DNA of 64,000 nucleotides from assembly GCF_009914755.1 (NCBI RefSeq), contig NC_060925.1. One strand, written 5' to 3'. The notes beneath the pieces are model-generated. The model was given only the letters and a program-made list of their open reading frames with translations. It was not told where the DNA came from and ran no database searches. Below are positions 1-17,290 of this stretch, piece after piece. Position numbers and translations under genes: made by a program. This DNA comes from the human T2T-CHM13v2.0 reference genome, Homo sapiens. How positions within the stretch are numbered: position 1 is the stretch's first letter; every line of letters starts with the position of its first letter.

Positions 1-60
1 TCATAATAGTGGTGGTGGTTCAGTGGTGGTAATAAGAAATAATAGACAAAAGTTTTTTGA

Positions 61-388
<328 letters not shown>

Positions 389-1084
389 TTATTCTACAAA
401 AGCATTTTAGCACTCTATCATAATGAAATACATGAAATATGTTGGCTACATGACTAAATCTGAAAATTTTATTTTTAAATGACTTTTGCTACATATAACT
501 TGCATGAGAGCTATAGATTTTGATTTTTATTTCCATTTTATTTGGAAACAAACTTTTTTTTTAGCTACTATATTCTTTTACACTTATATGGTATATAAGT
601 GTTGCATGTTCTTTTTTAAAACTTTTACATTAAAAATAGCAGATCCCTTCTGAACCAGCTCACCATTTATCTATGACTGTCATCTGTGTGATCTGTTCTT
701 TCAATGAGACAGAAGTTTTGGAGAATTGTGAAACCAATCATAATTAAATATTTTTATGGCAATTTATTCCAGTTTTAAAATAGAATCTATTCCTGATTCA
801 TTTTTAAAAGGCTAAAATTGTACTACGTTTACTTTTAGAACACCTGATTTCTCATGTGGACTTGTAGAGAAAAGTTCAGTTTTTATAATTGTCTCAGTAA
901 CAGTCTTAGTCTGTCTTTACCTTCTCTTCCACTTTTCATCTGCAGAGTTTTACCTCGGTTGGTAGTGATTATTGAAACTATCTACCCCTTCTGGCTCTCT
1001 GTCTTATAACTAATTTTAAATCTGTCTCTATGTTTATTCCTATTGAACAAGCAATCTAAATATCAAAGGTGTCCTACAGATGTT

Positions 1085-1250
1085 CATTCATCCATTATAC
1101 CATCAACGAATATAATAAATTCAGCTGATGTTAGACATACACAAAACAGATAACAAGGTCTTGTCCTCCAGTTGCTTTCTGTACAATATATGGGAGAGAC
1201 ATAGATACAGAATATGGCATAAGGCACACTGTAATAAGTACCACAATAGA
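1085..1250 (-). mobile_element. Probable L2 3'-end fragment
   Basis: Degenerate match to the antisense L2 3' motif (acagataacaaggtcttgtcctcc...gggagagacatag). Confidence 0.4.
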
Positions 1251-1361
1251 TTCATCTCTACATTTTCCCATGATCAAGAACATAATGTTTTGTTACAAAT
1301 AGGTAGTACATAAAACTTCTTTATTAGGGGCATGAACTCTCAAATACAGATTCATGCATAT

Positions 1362-1570
1362 CTGTGTTTGAATTCTTGTTTTTATATTTGCTAGCTGTTT
1401 TACTGTGAGTATATTATTAAATTTATGAGTTTGTTTTCTCAACTATAATGTCCACACCCCTAAATTTTCTGTGAAGATTAAATGAGACAATTTATATACT
1501 GATTTTTGCACAATGCTTTTGCCTCTTAATTTCTTAATACATGTGCATATTATCATTATCACTATTAATC
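1362..1570 (+). mobile_element. MIR
   Basis: MIR core: ctagctg...gtgaagattaaatgagacaat...gcacaatgc. Confidence 0.7.
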
Positions 1571-3494
1571 TTATTATTACCAATTAGGGAGATTGCTGAT
1601 AATTTTATATTGGTCTTAAATTTATTTAAGACGAGAACATTCTCTTTATTTAGGAAAATACAAGAATACCAAACCAGTATAAAAAATTGGATAGTTAGAA
1701 ATGATATACATTTCTCTAAATATGTGGTTTTATGTTTGTTCTTAATTTGAGTACAGGATATCGAATATGAGATTGAAGAAAAGAATAATTGGGACTACAG
1801 TTGGAAGAAAATGCTATAGAAAGAGTAAAACAAGTCTACACAAGTTTTATAAGTATTGGAATGCTAAGACTAGATATATACTACAAGAATATTAATCTGG
1901 TAGTTGTATGACACTGTTTCACAAACAGGGGAGGAATATCGGCATCTCTCTGCCACAATGTTATTACCGATGTTGTCTAGAAATGTCAATGTATGGTAGT
2001 AATAATAAATAGACTAACTTTTGGTTGGTTGTTTTATTATTTTTTAACGCCACAGGTAGTAGTTTCCTGAAATGCCAAGAGAATGGCATATAGTTCCCTC
2101 TGTCTTTTGTAATACTCTAGTATGAAGAGTTGGTAGGAGATTGGCTGTTATTAAAATTTATTCCTATAAATACAGAAAACAGAAAATAAATAAGAAAATT
2201 ACACAAGAGAATTTTCAAAGTTAGACTGATAAAAGCATGACTGATGAATTTCTTCTAGGATTCAAAAATCTCACAGGGAAAAGTAAATAATAATTAGAAT
2301 ACATTTCTCTAATGCACACTGCTGTTGAATATATACAAGAAAAAGCAAACAATTCTGAATTCAGTAAAGATATTTAAATGGGTCATGGTTTTAAATTGCC
2401 TTGCAAATGCATGCAACATAAGGGATTCATAATAATTTAGACCATCTTATATTATCTGATAATGTTAGCAAGGTAGAACCATATTTTCCCCTTTCTGTTT
2501 CTCTTACATAAATCCCTAAATATCAGTGTCAAAGTAACTGCTTAATATTTTACTGATTATAAATAAAAACTAAGAGTAAATAATGCCAGAATTTTGAAAT
2601 CAATTTTATATTTTTTTCTTACCTCCTGTACCTTTATACAATTATTTCTATTTGTTTTTCTTTGAGATGCAAGGCACTTACAGTACCAAAACATTCTAAA
2701 AATAAATTACTCATTGCATTCGAAATTTATCAGAGGTAAATATTACTGAGAAAAGGAAAGAAAAGTAATTATTTTCTATTATCATCTTGTTTGTATCTCA
2801 ATGCCTAAATACAGTTTTTAATTCACACACTCAATGCCAATTTCAGCTATATTACTCAAGTCTTTGTATCTGGAATGATAAATTAATTCTGTTAAAACCG
2901 TCATTTTTTAAAACAGTTATTCTCAATATAAATTATAAAAAATATATATGTATTTAAATATGACATACCATGATAGGAGTAAAATATAATAGAAAGTGTT
3001 GTGAACTTTTTAAAATATAGTATAGGGAATATTCATGAAATCTTAGATTCCTTACTTTCTAAATTTAGTGTTATCTCAATTATATTTGTGTTTTTATAAA
3101 CATTGCCCTAAGCTTTAAAAAAGGACTTATTGACAGAAACTATTATTACATGTCACAATGAGCTTTTTTTCAGAGCAATAATTTTATTTTTAAATTTTTA
3201 TTATATGACTTCCTTAGTTGAAGAAACACTAAACATGGGGAAAATTTTTATTTAAATGCTGTGAATATAATAATGAGCAAGAGACCTAAATTCTTAAAGC
3301 CTCATTTGTCTCTCTACAAAATATTTATAAAATTCTTGGTAGAGAGCATTATTGAGAGTAAAATTTAAAATATACATAAACTCATTTTAAATGGTAAAAG
3401 GGATATATATATTAGTGACACTATCTTGATCAAATTGTAATTAGATAAATTATCTATGAACATTTTCTAAAATTTTGATGAAATCAGAAATAAA

Positions 3495-4920
3495 ACCCTA
3501 AAGAATTAAGCAAGCATGAGCAAAATAAACAAAGGCAGAGGCATTATATTACTTGACCTAGAAATCTACCACAAAGTTATGGTAATCTAAACAGCATGAT
3601 ACTGGCATAAAAACACAACATTCACACATAAACCAATAGAACAGAATCAAGAGCCCATAAATAAATCTTCACATTTACTATCAATTGTTTTTCAACAAAG
3701 AAGCCAAAATTACACTGTGAGGAAAGCAGTTTCTTCAATAAATGGTGGTAGGAAAACTGGATATCCACATGCAAAAGAATACAATTATGCCCTCATCTCA
3801 CATAATATATAAAAATCAACTAAAAATGGATCAAGTCTCAAATGGAAGACCCAAATTTGTAGAAAGACAAGATAAAAACATAGGGGGAAAGCTCTATGAT
3901 ATTGGTCTTGGCAAATAATTTTAAATATGGTCCCAAAAGCACATTCAGCAAAAGCAGTAGACAAGCGGGATTACATCAAACAAAAACCCTTCTGCACAGC
4001 AAAGAAAACAATCAACAGAGTGAAAATGCAATCTATAGAATTCGAGAAAATATTTGCAAATTATACATTTGATAAGAGGTTAATTTTCAAAATATATAAG
4101 AAAATTATACAACTCAATAGTAAGAAAATGAATTACCTGATTTTAAAAGGAAGAAAAGGACCAAGCAGACATTTCTAAAAAGGAGTAATACAAGTAAATA
4201 ACAGGTATCTGAAAGTATGATCAAGATCACTAAGTATCAGGGAAATAAAAATTAAAGCCACAATGAGTTATCATCTTCCACATGTTAAAATGGCTGTTAT
4301 CAAAAAAGATGAGACAGCATATGTTGGAGCTGATGTGGAGAAAAGGAAACCCTTATACACTATTGGTGGTAATGTAAATTAGTACTGCCAATATAGAAAA
4401 CAGTATGGAGGTTCCTCAAAATATTGAATATGAAACTATCATATGATCCAGCAATTCCACTTCTGTGTATACACTGAAAGGACATAAGATGAGTATGTTG
4501 AAGAGCTATCTGCACTTCCATGTTCATTGAAGCATTATTCATAACATCCAAGACATGGGATTCAACCTGTATCATCATTGGGTCAATTAATAAAGAAAAT
4601 GTGATACATATGCACAGTGGAATAATAGCCTTAAAATATAAGGAAATCCTGTCATTAACCACAAGAAGCCTAAACCTGGAGGGCAATGTGCTAAATGAAA
4701 TAAATCAGTCATAGAAAATATTGCATAATCTCACTTATGAGTGAAATCTTAAAAAGTAGAAGCAATGGAAATAGGGTAGAATGGTGATTAATATATATAT
4801 GAGGCAATACATATGTTAAATAGCTTGTTTTACCCATTCAACAATGTATACATATATGAAAACCCCATGTTGTACACCAAAAATGTATACAATTTTTACT
4901 TGTCAGTTAAAATAATTTTT
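3495..4920 (+). mobile_element. L1MA (L1MA4-like) 3' ORF2 plus 3'UTR, with internal 3'UTR deletion
   Basis: ORF 3927-4178 matches the ORF2 C-terminus (DYIKQKPFCTAKKTINRVK); 3' end gaggcaatacatatgttaaatagcttg...tttacttgtcagtt is shared with the copy ending at ~51440. Confidence 0.85.
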
Positions 4921-5948
4921 TAAAAGTCATTGGAATGAAAATAATAGGATGTTATTATACAAATATTACAATAAAATAATATTTACTTTGGTTACTCATA
5001 ACAGGCATTTGAACAGAGAGCAGTGGAATATTATATGATGAGAAAACAGTTGATCTTAATTTTTATGTGTGCAACATTAAGGAACCTCTTCTTTTTAAAT
5101 TATGTTTTTACATTTAAAAATATGCTAGTAATAGGAAATAAAAATCTTGTCTTCAAGTTCAAATTCTGGTTTTATATTGTCAGCTAGTATATCCAGAGTA
5201 AATAACTTATCTGAACACTGGCTTCCTAATTAATGAATAAGAAAGTAGGCCTACATTTTGATGAAACAAGCATACATTCTTATATCAAGTTGTAATTATT
5301 CCTTTGTGTGATATTATTCGTGAGGCAAATCTACTGTATCGGGGGAGTATTTTATTGGTTTTTTTCAGTAGGAACCAAACAAGATAAGACCATGAATTCA
5401 GAAAAATATGTATAAGTCAGTCAGAGAGATAGAACAAGAATTTGGGGGTTGGTTACAGATATATAATAATAATCATAATCATAATTTGTATGAACAAATA
5501 GGTTGATTTTATTAAAACAAGAGTGAAATAAAGTAAGAACAGATGCAGGACAAAAATCTCAAAAAAGACCAGAAGTCACATGTCATTCCCAGTTACCTTT
5601 GAAGAAGGATAACTTCCCACATCTATGAAAACTAGAGTACACAGTAATAACTGGCAAGATTAACTGGTTCATTCTTTGAAAGGATGTTCATAGTACCAAG
5701 AAAAGAGACTTTGAGAGATTGATTTGGGGTTGTACATAAGATTAATTTTATTAGGTCTCCATGCTCTGAAACAACTTGTCTAATGCAAAATCCCCAGACC
5801 TCCCCCTAACATGTCCAAAGATGACATAAACTACATGTTTGTGCGTTCCAGTTGCCACCAAGCTCTATGAGTGACTTTTACCACGTGAATATAAATCGAT
5901 GAAATACATTTCCTAGGATAGTGGCTGGAAATTAGATTTGAATTCTTT

Positions 5949-6056
5949 TTTAAAACGTAATTGAAAGTTCTGGGATACATGTACAGAACGTGCAGGTTTG
6001 TTACATAGGTAATCATGTGCCATGGTGGTTTCCTGCACCTATCAACCCATCACCTG
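5949..6056 (-). mobile_element. Very short 5'-truncated L1PA 3' tip with 14-bp TSD
   Basis: aagttctgggatacatgtacagaacgtgcaggtttgttacatagg is the L1PA7-16 3' end; GATTTGAATTCTTT at 5935-5948 and 6057-6070. Confidence 0.9.
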
Positions 6057-6630
6057 GATTTGAATTCTTTGAAATAGCAGTGATCTGATAGCTAGATTAT
6101 GAGAAAATTTAAACCCACTCAAACCTATAGGTCAAGGCAGTAGAAGTCAACAATTGAAAAATGCTTGTACGTCTCAGCTCATTACTTACACATTACAGTC
6201 AACACTGATTATAAGAAATATGGAGAGTATTCCTGGTTTCTTTATGTCCAATAGAAAATCCAGTATAGTATTTTCTTAGCAATGAAAAGAAAGTAATCCA
6301 AAAATAAATAATAAGGAGATAAAAGCCAACACACTTTTGGAAAAGACAACTGATAGTATATTACCTTTTCAATATAAATTAATAATTATGATGAGTATTA
6401 ATCCATATTTTATGATACATTTTTACTATCTTCTGTTCTATATGAAGTATTTTATAATTAAAATAAAAAGAGTGTTACCATTGAAAGCATAGACAAGTAA
6501 ATGGTACAGAACAGTTCAGATTCAGGTATACACAATAATAACCTAGTATTGGGAAAAGGTTGTGTAATAATCACTAATGAAAGAGAATATTATTCAATAC
6601 TTGACACTAGCAAAATCAGACACTTAAGAT

Positions 6631-6840
6631 ATATATACACACATATATAATTTTCTTTTTCTTGTGTCCATATGTACATATGTATATAATTATATATAAA
6701 TATATGTAGTTTTATATGTATATATACACATATGTATACAATTATGTATAAATATATATAATTTTATATGCACATATGGACACAAGATAAAGTATATATA
6801 ATTATATACAATTTATATATGTGTGTATATACATATATAT
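6631..6840. repeat. TA-rich low-complexity region with inverted arms
   Basis: TCTTGTGTCCATATGT (6660-6675) is the reverse complement of 6772-6787. Confidence 0.85.
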
Positions 6841-8279
6841 GCAATTTGATTCTCACTTCACCTCCAGACAATTTCTAAAGAAAACTTAAACTTTCTATAA
6901 TAGAGCTATTTTATTTTAAATACAAATGCATGCACACACAATAACACAACAAACTTTATCTTATAATACTGAAATACATATACAAACAATAAATAATTAG
7001 TTAAATATTCATTTCAGAAGTCACAGAAGAAATTAGAATCTTTATATCTAAGTATCTCACAAACATATCATAAAACTATAAACTCAATAAAACGGGCAAT
7101 GCAATGCACACAAAATCATAGAGGAATGACAAGTGACTGAGAAATATATTAATACATTTAATCCAACTGTGAATAAAATAAAATAATAAAAACAGCAAGC
7201 ATAATTTTCAAATGAACTTAAGTATTACTATACTCAACTTTGGCATTCTGTGTTGGATTGGTACCCTCATATTCCTCTGTGAAAATGTAATTTTTAACAG
7301 AAGAATATGGAGAATATTATTGTACTGATTTTTATTGAAAATAGTTTTGTTTTTCAATTCTAATTCTACCTTGGGAAACACAAACTAACAGATAATTCAA
7401 CAAAGGTTTATGTACAAGGAGTGGCTAGAATTGAGGATATGTGACTGAATCCTTAATATTTTGGGGAATTGCAGCAATCTTCCACTTTCTAAAACTGATT
7501 TTAAAAGTTTTGATTTAATTATAAAACAATTTATTTTATGCAACAATGTTTCCATTGGAAATTTGATTACACCACAGTAAAAAGGAAACACTATTCTAGA
7601 ATGCAGAGTGTTAAGATAGGGCAAATACATCTTTCATGCCTGATAATTTAAATTGTTTTGGCTAAAGAAACACCTCAAGGAAAATATGTTGACTGGGAAA
7701 AATGGTCTTCAGTATTTAATGAAAAGCGGAAAAAAAAAATAAAGAAAACAAAACCTCTCACTGAGCCTAAAACACTGGAGTAGGTATTGGGCTTTAGGAA
7801 GTTTACATATAATCAAAAAGAACATATTAAAAACAAAACAAGCTAACAAAAAATAGCAAAGACAGGAAAAATATCAATGATATTTGGTGAGAAATACCAT
7901 GTAAAAGATTACTGTATGCACTCTGGAAACAGTTACATCTAGATGTGGCTTATATTTTATTTATGCTTTGTCACGTTTTCTGTTATACTTAAATCTTAAA
8001 TCATCATTAAAATTTTTTTATCCCTTAAAACTTTAATTATATTTGGAAGATTGAGAAGGGCCTAAGTGTCAAATGGGACAAAAGTGTATAGAAATGGGTG
8101 GCATTAGCTTAGGGTCTGATGGAAATACAACACACAAGGAGCAGTTTTTCTGAAGCGCAGAGGAGTATCCTGCAGGAATGTTTAATGTTGAGCAAAGAAC
8201 TAAATAACAAATAAACCAAGACAAGATAAACTTCTCGAACCTGTAATCATTTCTTAATGAGAAAAAAGACCTCAGGAAA

Positions 8280-9770
<1,491 letters not shown>

Positions 9771-10239
9771 GTACTTTTCACTATTTATATTTAAATAAAA
9801 ACATTTTTAAAATTAATTTTTTTCTGGATGGTTTTACATCTTCATTATTTCTATATTCTTTGAGGTTATTTTATCTTTTTATAAGAAAATCCCACTGGCT
9901 TTTCACCTAATTGAATTAAGTCTATAAATTAATTCATAGAGGATGGTCATTTTTACAATTCCCATCCTGGCACTTGTTATATTATACAATTTATTCATTA
10001 AAATAATTCCTAGTTAACTTTTTATTATTCTGCTTATGGAGAGAGTCCTTACTAAGTTTAATTTCAAATGTATTTTAATAAGTCCTGTGACTATCTGAAT
10101 ATAATATCATATATTGTTTTTCTCAAAGGTTTTTCTTGATAGAGAAGATAATTTATTGCAACTTACTTATTTTTTGTTTCTTATTACTCTACCCTGGGTA
10201 CAATTTTCAGGTAATGTACATCTTAATAATCTACATATT

Positions 10240-11075
<836 letters not shown>

Positions 11076-12084
11076 TTAATATTTATATCTTATTTTTTTG
11101 AACTATTTAAAAATCATATGCGATTTAAAACATAGTTGTGTTACCTAGTATCTTTGAGTCACCCCCAGTTTACAAGGAGTATTACTATTGTAGTCTCTTC
11201 CCAAGAGCGTGTTCATAGTATATATTATGAGGCTCTCCACAAACACAGTGAATAACTGTCATCTAATACACATTTAGTAAGTAGTTTAAACAGATTAATA
11301 GACAAAATTGTTCCCTAATTGTATATTTTTTGCTTTTACTATTTTACATCTCCTTTTGCTAAGCTTAAATAACTTTATCTTCTTTTTTTTCAACATACTA
11401 TTTTTGTCCCAGGTTCGACACTATATTATGTAAATATCGCACATCAGCACATATGGAATTTCACTGTCCAAGGCTTTGGAAACATTAACATTCTGAAGCT
11501 AATATGTGATTACTTCCTCCTGTTTTATTTGATGAATGTGAGGTCATAAAATTCATTAAGTCAATTTATATTTTGAAACAATGTGTCTACATCTCAAGTC
11601 TTCTATATATAAGTTCTCTACACTGTGAAAGTTTTAACAATATTAATATGTTGCGAAACTAGAAAAATCTCACTCAGCTATATGTGAATCTAAATACAGA
11701 GGTAGACCATATGAATCACAATGATAATTTCACTCTAAGTTAACGTATTTTTTAATTGGTTCTCACATATAATTTCCACATAGAGACATCTGATTTCTGT
11801 GTCAAATAACTGTATGACAATGATGTTTACACATGCTACAATAAGTAACATACTGTTAGGTATCCTTTATTCTACAACAATCCTTAGGTGTTTTCTTATT
11901 CAGTGTACTGTGAAATGAATTAACCCAGTTTTTATTTTCAAGCCAGAACAAATAATTGATAAAGACTCCAAAAATCAGCTCTGGCATGAGGTACTATGAG
12001 GTGAAACAAAAATAAAACCAAGGATAAGTATGTACAGGTATGCTTACATTAAGAGAAAACAAAAGTAATATTCATAGGAAACAC

Positions 12085-12520
<436 letters not shown>

Positions 12521-12791
12521 TATATTTTTCTGTATTACCTCATAAGTAGAAACAGAGACTGCTTAGACATCATGAGCTATCTCTCTAGTTCATGATGTTT
12601 ATAAAACACATAACACAGCATCTAGCATAAACACTCAACTAGTTCCTCTTTTACCTTTATCTTGTCCTACTGTATGCAAAAATAGTATCTGCTTTCTGTG
12701 CGGAGAGACTCAAGTTTATAGTACCAGGTACTCTGGATAGTCAAACAGAAATTTTAGTAGAAATATCAAACTGAAAAATATGATCTTTGTT

Positions 12792-13144
12792 TGTATTAAC
12801 CAGTTCTTCCACTGCTAATACCCGAGACTGGGTAATTTATTAAAAAAAAAGATGTTTTACAGACTCACAGTTCCATGTGGCTGGGGAGGACTTACAATCA
12901 TGGTGGAAGGTGAAGGAGGAGCAAAGGCATGTCTTACATGACGTCAGGCAAGAGAGCTTGTGCAGGGGAACTGCTTTTTTGTAAAACCATCAGTTCTTGT
13001 GAGACTTATTTACTATCATGAGAACAACACAGGAAAATCCACCCCCATGATTAAATGTCCTCCCACCAGGTCCCTCTCATGACTCCTGGGAATTATGGGA
13101 ACTGCAATTCGAGATTAAAGTGGGAACACAGCCAAACCATATAA
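12792..13144 (-). mobile_element. THE1 (MaLR) solo LTR
   Basis: tgtatta...gagactgggtaattta...acacagccaaaccatat; TSD ttgtt/ctgtt. Confidence 0.92.
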
Positions 13145-13323
13145 CTGTTTTTAACTATAGTGTAATAACATATAAAAGGATAATCACAGCTATTTGCCTG
13201 GAAATATTCAGGTTTGCAACTCTTCCTATTATGATTATTAACAGCATGCATTTCTTGCTCAAAAAGTATTCTAACTTGGAGGATATATTTTATTGTAGTC
13301 TTACAGATAAACTGTATACACAG

Positions 13324-13674
13324 TGCTATAGACTGAATTGTTCCACTCACCCTAATTCATATGCTGAATCCCTAACTTCAAATATAATAATGTTTGGAAA
13401 TGGGGTCTTTGGTAGGTAATCAGGTTTAGATGAGAATGGGGGATTTAGGATGAGATTAGTGGCCTTATAAGAAGAGGCATCAGAGGTATTGCTCTTGCCC
13501 TCTCTCTGCCTGTGAGCACACAAGAAGAAAATAGCCATCTTACAAGCCCTCATCCAAACCTGACCATGCTGGCATCGTGATCTTGAATAGCCTCTAGAAC
13601 TGTGAGAAAATAAATGTCTGTTATTCAAGCCACTCTATGGTGTCTTGTTATGGCAGCCTGACCTGACTAATGCA
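13324..13674 (+). mobile_element. MLT1A-type (MaLR) solo LTR
   Basis: tgctatagactgaat...agaactgtgagaaaataaatgtctg...gactaatgca; perfect 5-bp TSD CACAG. Confidence 0.9.
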
Positions 13675-14824
13675 CACAGCATCAAAATACTATTATATGA
13701 AAGTATATTAACTGTTAACAAATTACATGCTAATTAAATTATATGCATATAAGAGCTCACTTGCTTTATTTAACCAACTAGAAAAAAACATGTTTGGCCC
13801 TAAGTTATTCTTAGTAAACTTTGATTTAACTATAAATTCAAAATTGTAATTCTAATAGTGGCATAATATAAATGTATATTACAGTAATTTTTTAACATTG
13901 AATTTTGATCTATCAAAGCAAAATTCTTTACTACATTAAAATTGGTAATTAAAGTCTAATTTCAAAACATTTTAAATATAATTCCTGAATAATTTATCAG
14001 TGATTATTTAATGAACAAAATAAAAAGATTGAACCACAGTTTTGTATTAGTATATATTTTAATTTTTATTACATATCATCCTCAACTTTTTCAATCTTGG
14101 AAAATATTTGTTCACAGTTGAAGAGGGCAGGAAATATCTGTTTATGGTGAAGTGAAAACTAATTGACATCACTAAATCAATAAATACACTGAATTCCACA
14201 CTAAATATTATTCCATACTCAAAATTCTTTGCAATCTCGATTTAGCAGGGGTTTGATTGTCTGTATTGTGACCATTTGAGTCTATTGAATATTCAGTGGG
14301 TTCCATTTGTATTGCTATGGGTACAACTCTAGCTTCAGCTTGTTAAAGTTACTGTATTTTATTTAGTCACATATTCTTAACTTCATTCATCATTTACCTT
14401 AATGCACCCTAATATATTGAATGTACAACAATACAGACCTAGATATAGACTTTTTTCTTATACAACATAATGATTAAGAAAAAGTGTTATAAATGAAAAA
14501 CAAACATAAGTTTACAGGTTATCAAATTCTGATAAAAATTTTATTTCCTCCAAAACAGAGGAAAGTTTTATAAATCATAATTTAGATTGTTTGAATGTGT
14601 CCGAATCTATTTATTTCAAATAAATGACTACTTTGCTTCCTGAATATTCCAAAAGTAGTTGTGAAGCAACCTTATACTTTGATTAATAATGTCAATCATG
14701 TTTAAAGTACAGGAGGGATTCATTTTCTTTTCCTTCATTAATAAATATGAGAGTAAAATTGTGTCATAAATCTTTTAGATGATATAGTTAGTGATAATAT
14801 GCCTGGATATAATTTCACCTTGGT

Positions 14825-14978
14825 AGTTCTGCCACTTATGCTATTACTTAATTAAAATATTTGAGAACATATAACATATATTTTTATATGTTACATATAT
14901 CTTTATATGCATATATTATATAAATTTATATATTTTTCTCTAATGTCTTAATTAAATTATGGCATAAGTGGCAGAACT
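14825..14978. repeat. ~154-bp imperfect palindrome with TA-rich centre
   Basis: AGTTCTGCCACTTATGC / GCATAAGTGGCAGAACT are perfect 17-bp inverted termini; the arms extend to ~43 bp. Confidence 0.9.
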
Positions 14979-15980
14979 TAAAAAAACTATGTATTAGATA
15001 TTAGCTATTATATATACACACATATGTGTGTGTGTGTTTGTAAACAAACAATTGACCCTTGAACTACATGGGCCTACTAACACATAATTTTTTTTTAAAT
15101 AAATAATTGGAATATTTTTCAAGGTTTGCAATAATTTGAAAACCACTTTCAGAGAAATGATGTAGCCTATAAATATTGAAAATAATGATTAAAAAGTTTG
15201 GTATGTTGTGTATGCATAAAAAATTTTAGTATATGTAGACACTAGTCAATGTTATTCACTAATCAAAATGTATACAAACCTATTTAAAATTTATCAAAAT
15301 GTATTCACACAAATATTTACAGGTCTTATATGGCCCATTCACAATCAAAACAAATATAAAGAAATTTAATGAGGATGGATTAAATCATAACAGCATAAAA
15401 TTAATTGTAATACATACTATACTACAATATTAATTTCATAGCCACCTCCTGTTGCTATTGCAATGAGCTCGTGTTGAGACTATCCACTTAAAATGCCGTC
15501 ATGCTAATTATTATCACATAAGCAATTCTTCTCTCCAGTAAATTGCATATTGCAGTAAAAAAGGATTTTTCACCATTCTCATGTTTCATAACATTTCATG
15601 CAATACTGTGAGTCTTGAATAATACCATCAGACCCATAGGAACTGTCACTGGTGATGCTAGAAGTGGGTCCAGGAAGCAAGAAAAGTCACAACATCACAA
15701 TAAAAGTTGAACTGCTTGATAGGTACTGTAGATTGAGGTCTGTATCTGCAGTTGGGCAATATTTCATGATAAATGAATCCAGCACAAGGACCATTGTAAA
15801 AAAAATGAAAGAAAATTTGTGAAGCCATTGCTGCAGCTACAGCTGCATGCATCAATACCTTGCACTTTTTGCTAAGTACCTTTTTAACTTATATTAAATA
15901 TGAACCTTTACATGGGTGCATGATTCCTATAAGAAAGGCATACTTATAGATGATAATAAGACAAAAAAAGCAAAATTATT

Positions 15981-16291
<311 letters not shown>

Positions 16292-16299
16292 TTATTACA

Positions 16300-17290
16300 T
16301 GACAACTTAAAGCAAGAGGAAGGTGAAGGATCTGATTGGTAAATTTAATGCCAGCAAAGAATGGTTTGATAATTTTGGAAAGAAGTTTGACCTAAAAAAA
16401 GGTCAAGATAAAAAGAGAAGCAGCTGGAGAGAGAAAAAAAAGAAAAGCAGATGAGTTCCTAGACGCCACATAAAAAAGCATTGAGAAGAAAGTATAACTA
16501 ATAACTGCCTAACTAAGTTTTAATGCAGACAGAAGAACATTTTTCTGTAAAATAATGCCACCGAAGACACTTATTAGTAAGGAAGAAAAGCAAGCACTAA
16601 AATTTAAGTCAGGAAAGCACATGCTAACTCTCCTGTTTTCTGCAAATACAAACAGGTTTATGATCAGAACTGACTTTATCTATAAAGTGGTTAACCCTGG
16701 AGCCTTGAAGGAAAATGAAAAACACCAGCCACCAATCTTTTGGTTGTACCCCAAGAAGTCCTGAACAATGAGAACTGTTTTTCTAGGTTGTTTCAATTGA
16801 TGCTTAGTCCTTGAAGTCAGAAATTACCTTGTCAGTAAGGAATTGACTTTTAAATTCTTTTGATATTAGACAATGCCCCTGGCATCCCAGGATCCCATGA
16901 TTTTAACACCAAAACATCAAAGTGGTTTCCTTGCACCCAAACACAAGGTCTCAAAATCAGCCTGTAGATAAGGGGCTCATAAGAATGTTTACGGCATATT
17001 ATTCACAGTATTCTATGGAAAGGATTGTCAATATTATGAAAGAAAACTCCAATAGAGAACATCATGAAAGTCTGGAGAGGTTACACTATTGACGATGCCA
17101 TCATTGTTATAGAAAAGGCTGTGAAAGCCATCAAACCCATAACAATAAATTCCTACCGTGGAAAACTGAGTCTAGATATCGTTGGTAACTTCTCAGGATT
17201 TATGACAGAGCCAAAAATGGAAACTATGGAAAACATTGCTGATATGTCAAAAAAGGTAAGGGATGAAAGGTTTCAAGATATGAAACTTGA
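16300..17290 (+). pseudogene. Tigger2 pogo-like transposase remnant (CENP-B/DDE_1 type), frameshifted
   Basis: ORFs 16555-16764 and 17064-17290; DDE_1-like ttagacaatgcccct (LDNAP). Confidence 0.8.

Noticed and set aside
910-960. Polypyrimidine tract plus CAG (also near 11411 and 45957) as splice acceptors
   Set aside because: No convincing paired donor or reading frame; such motifs are common by chance without transcript data
6950-7600. Possible L1ME remnant
   Set aside because: Too degenerate to delimit by eye
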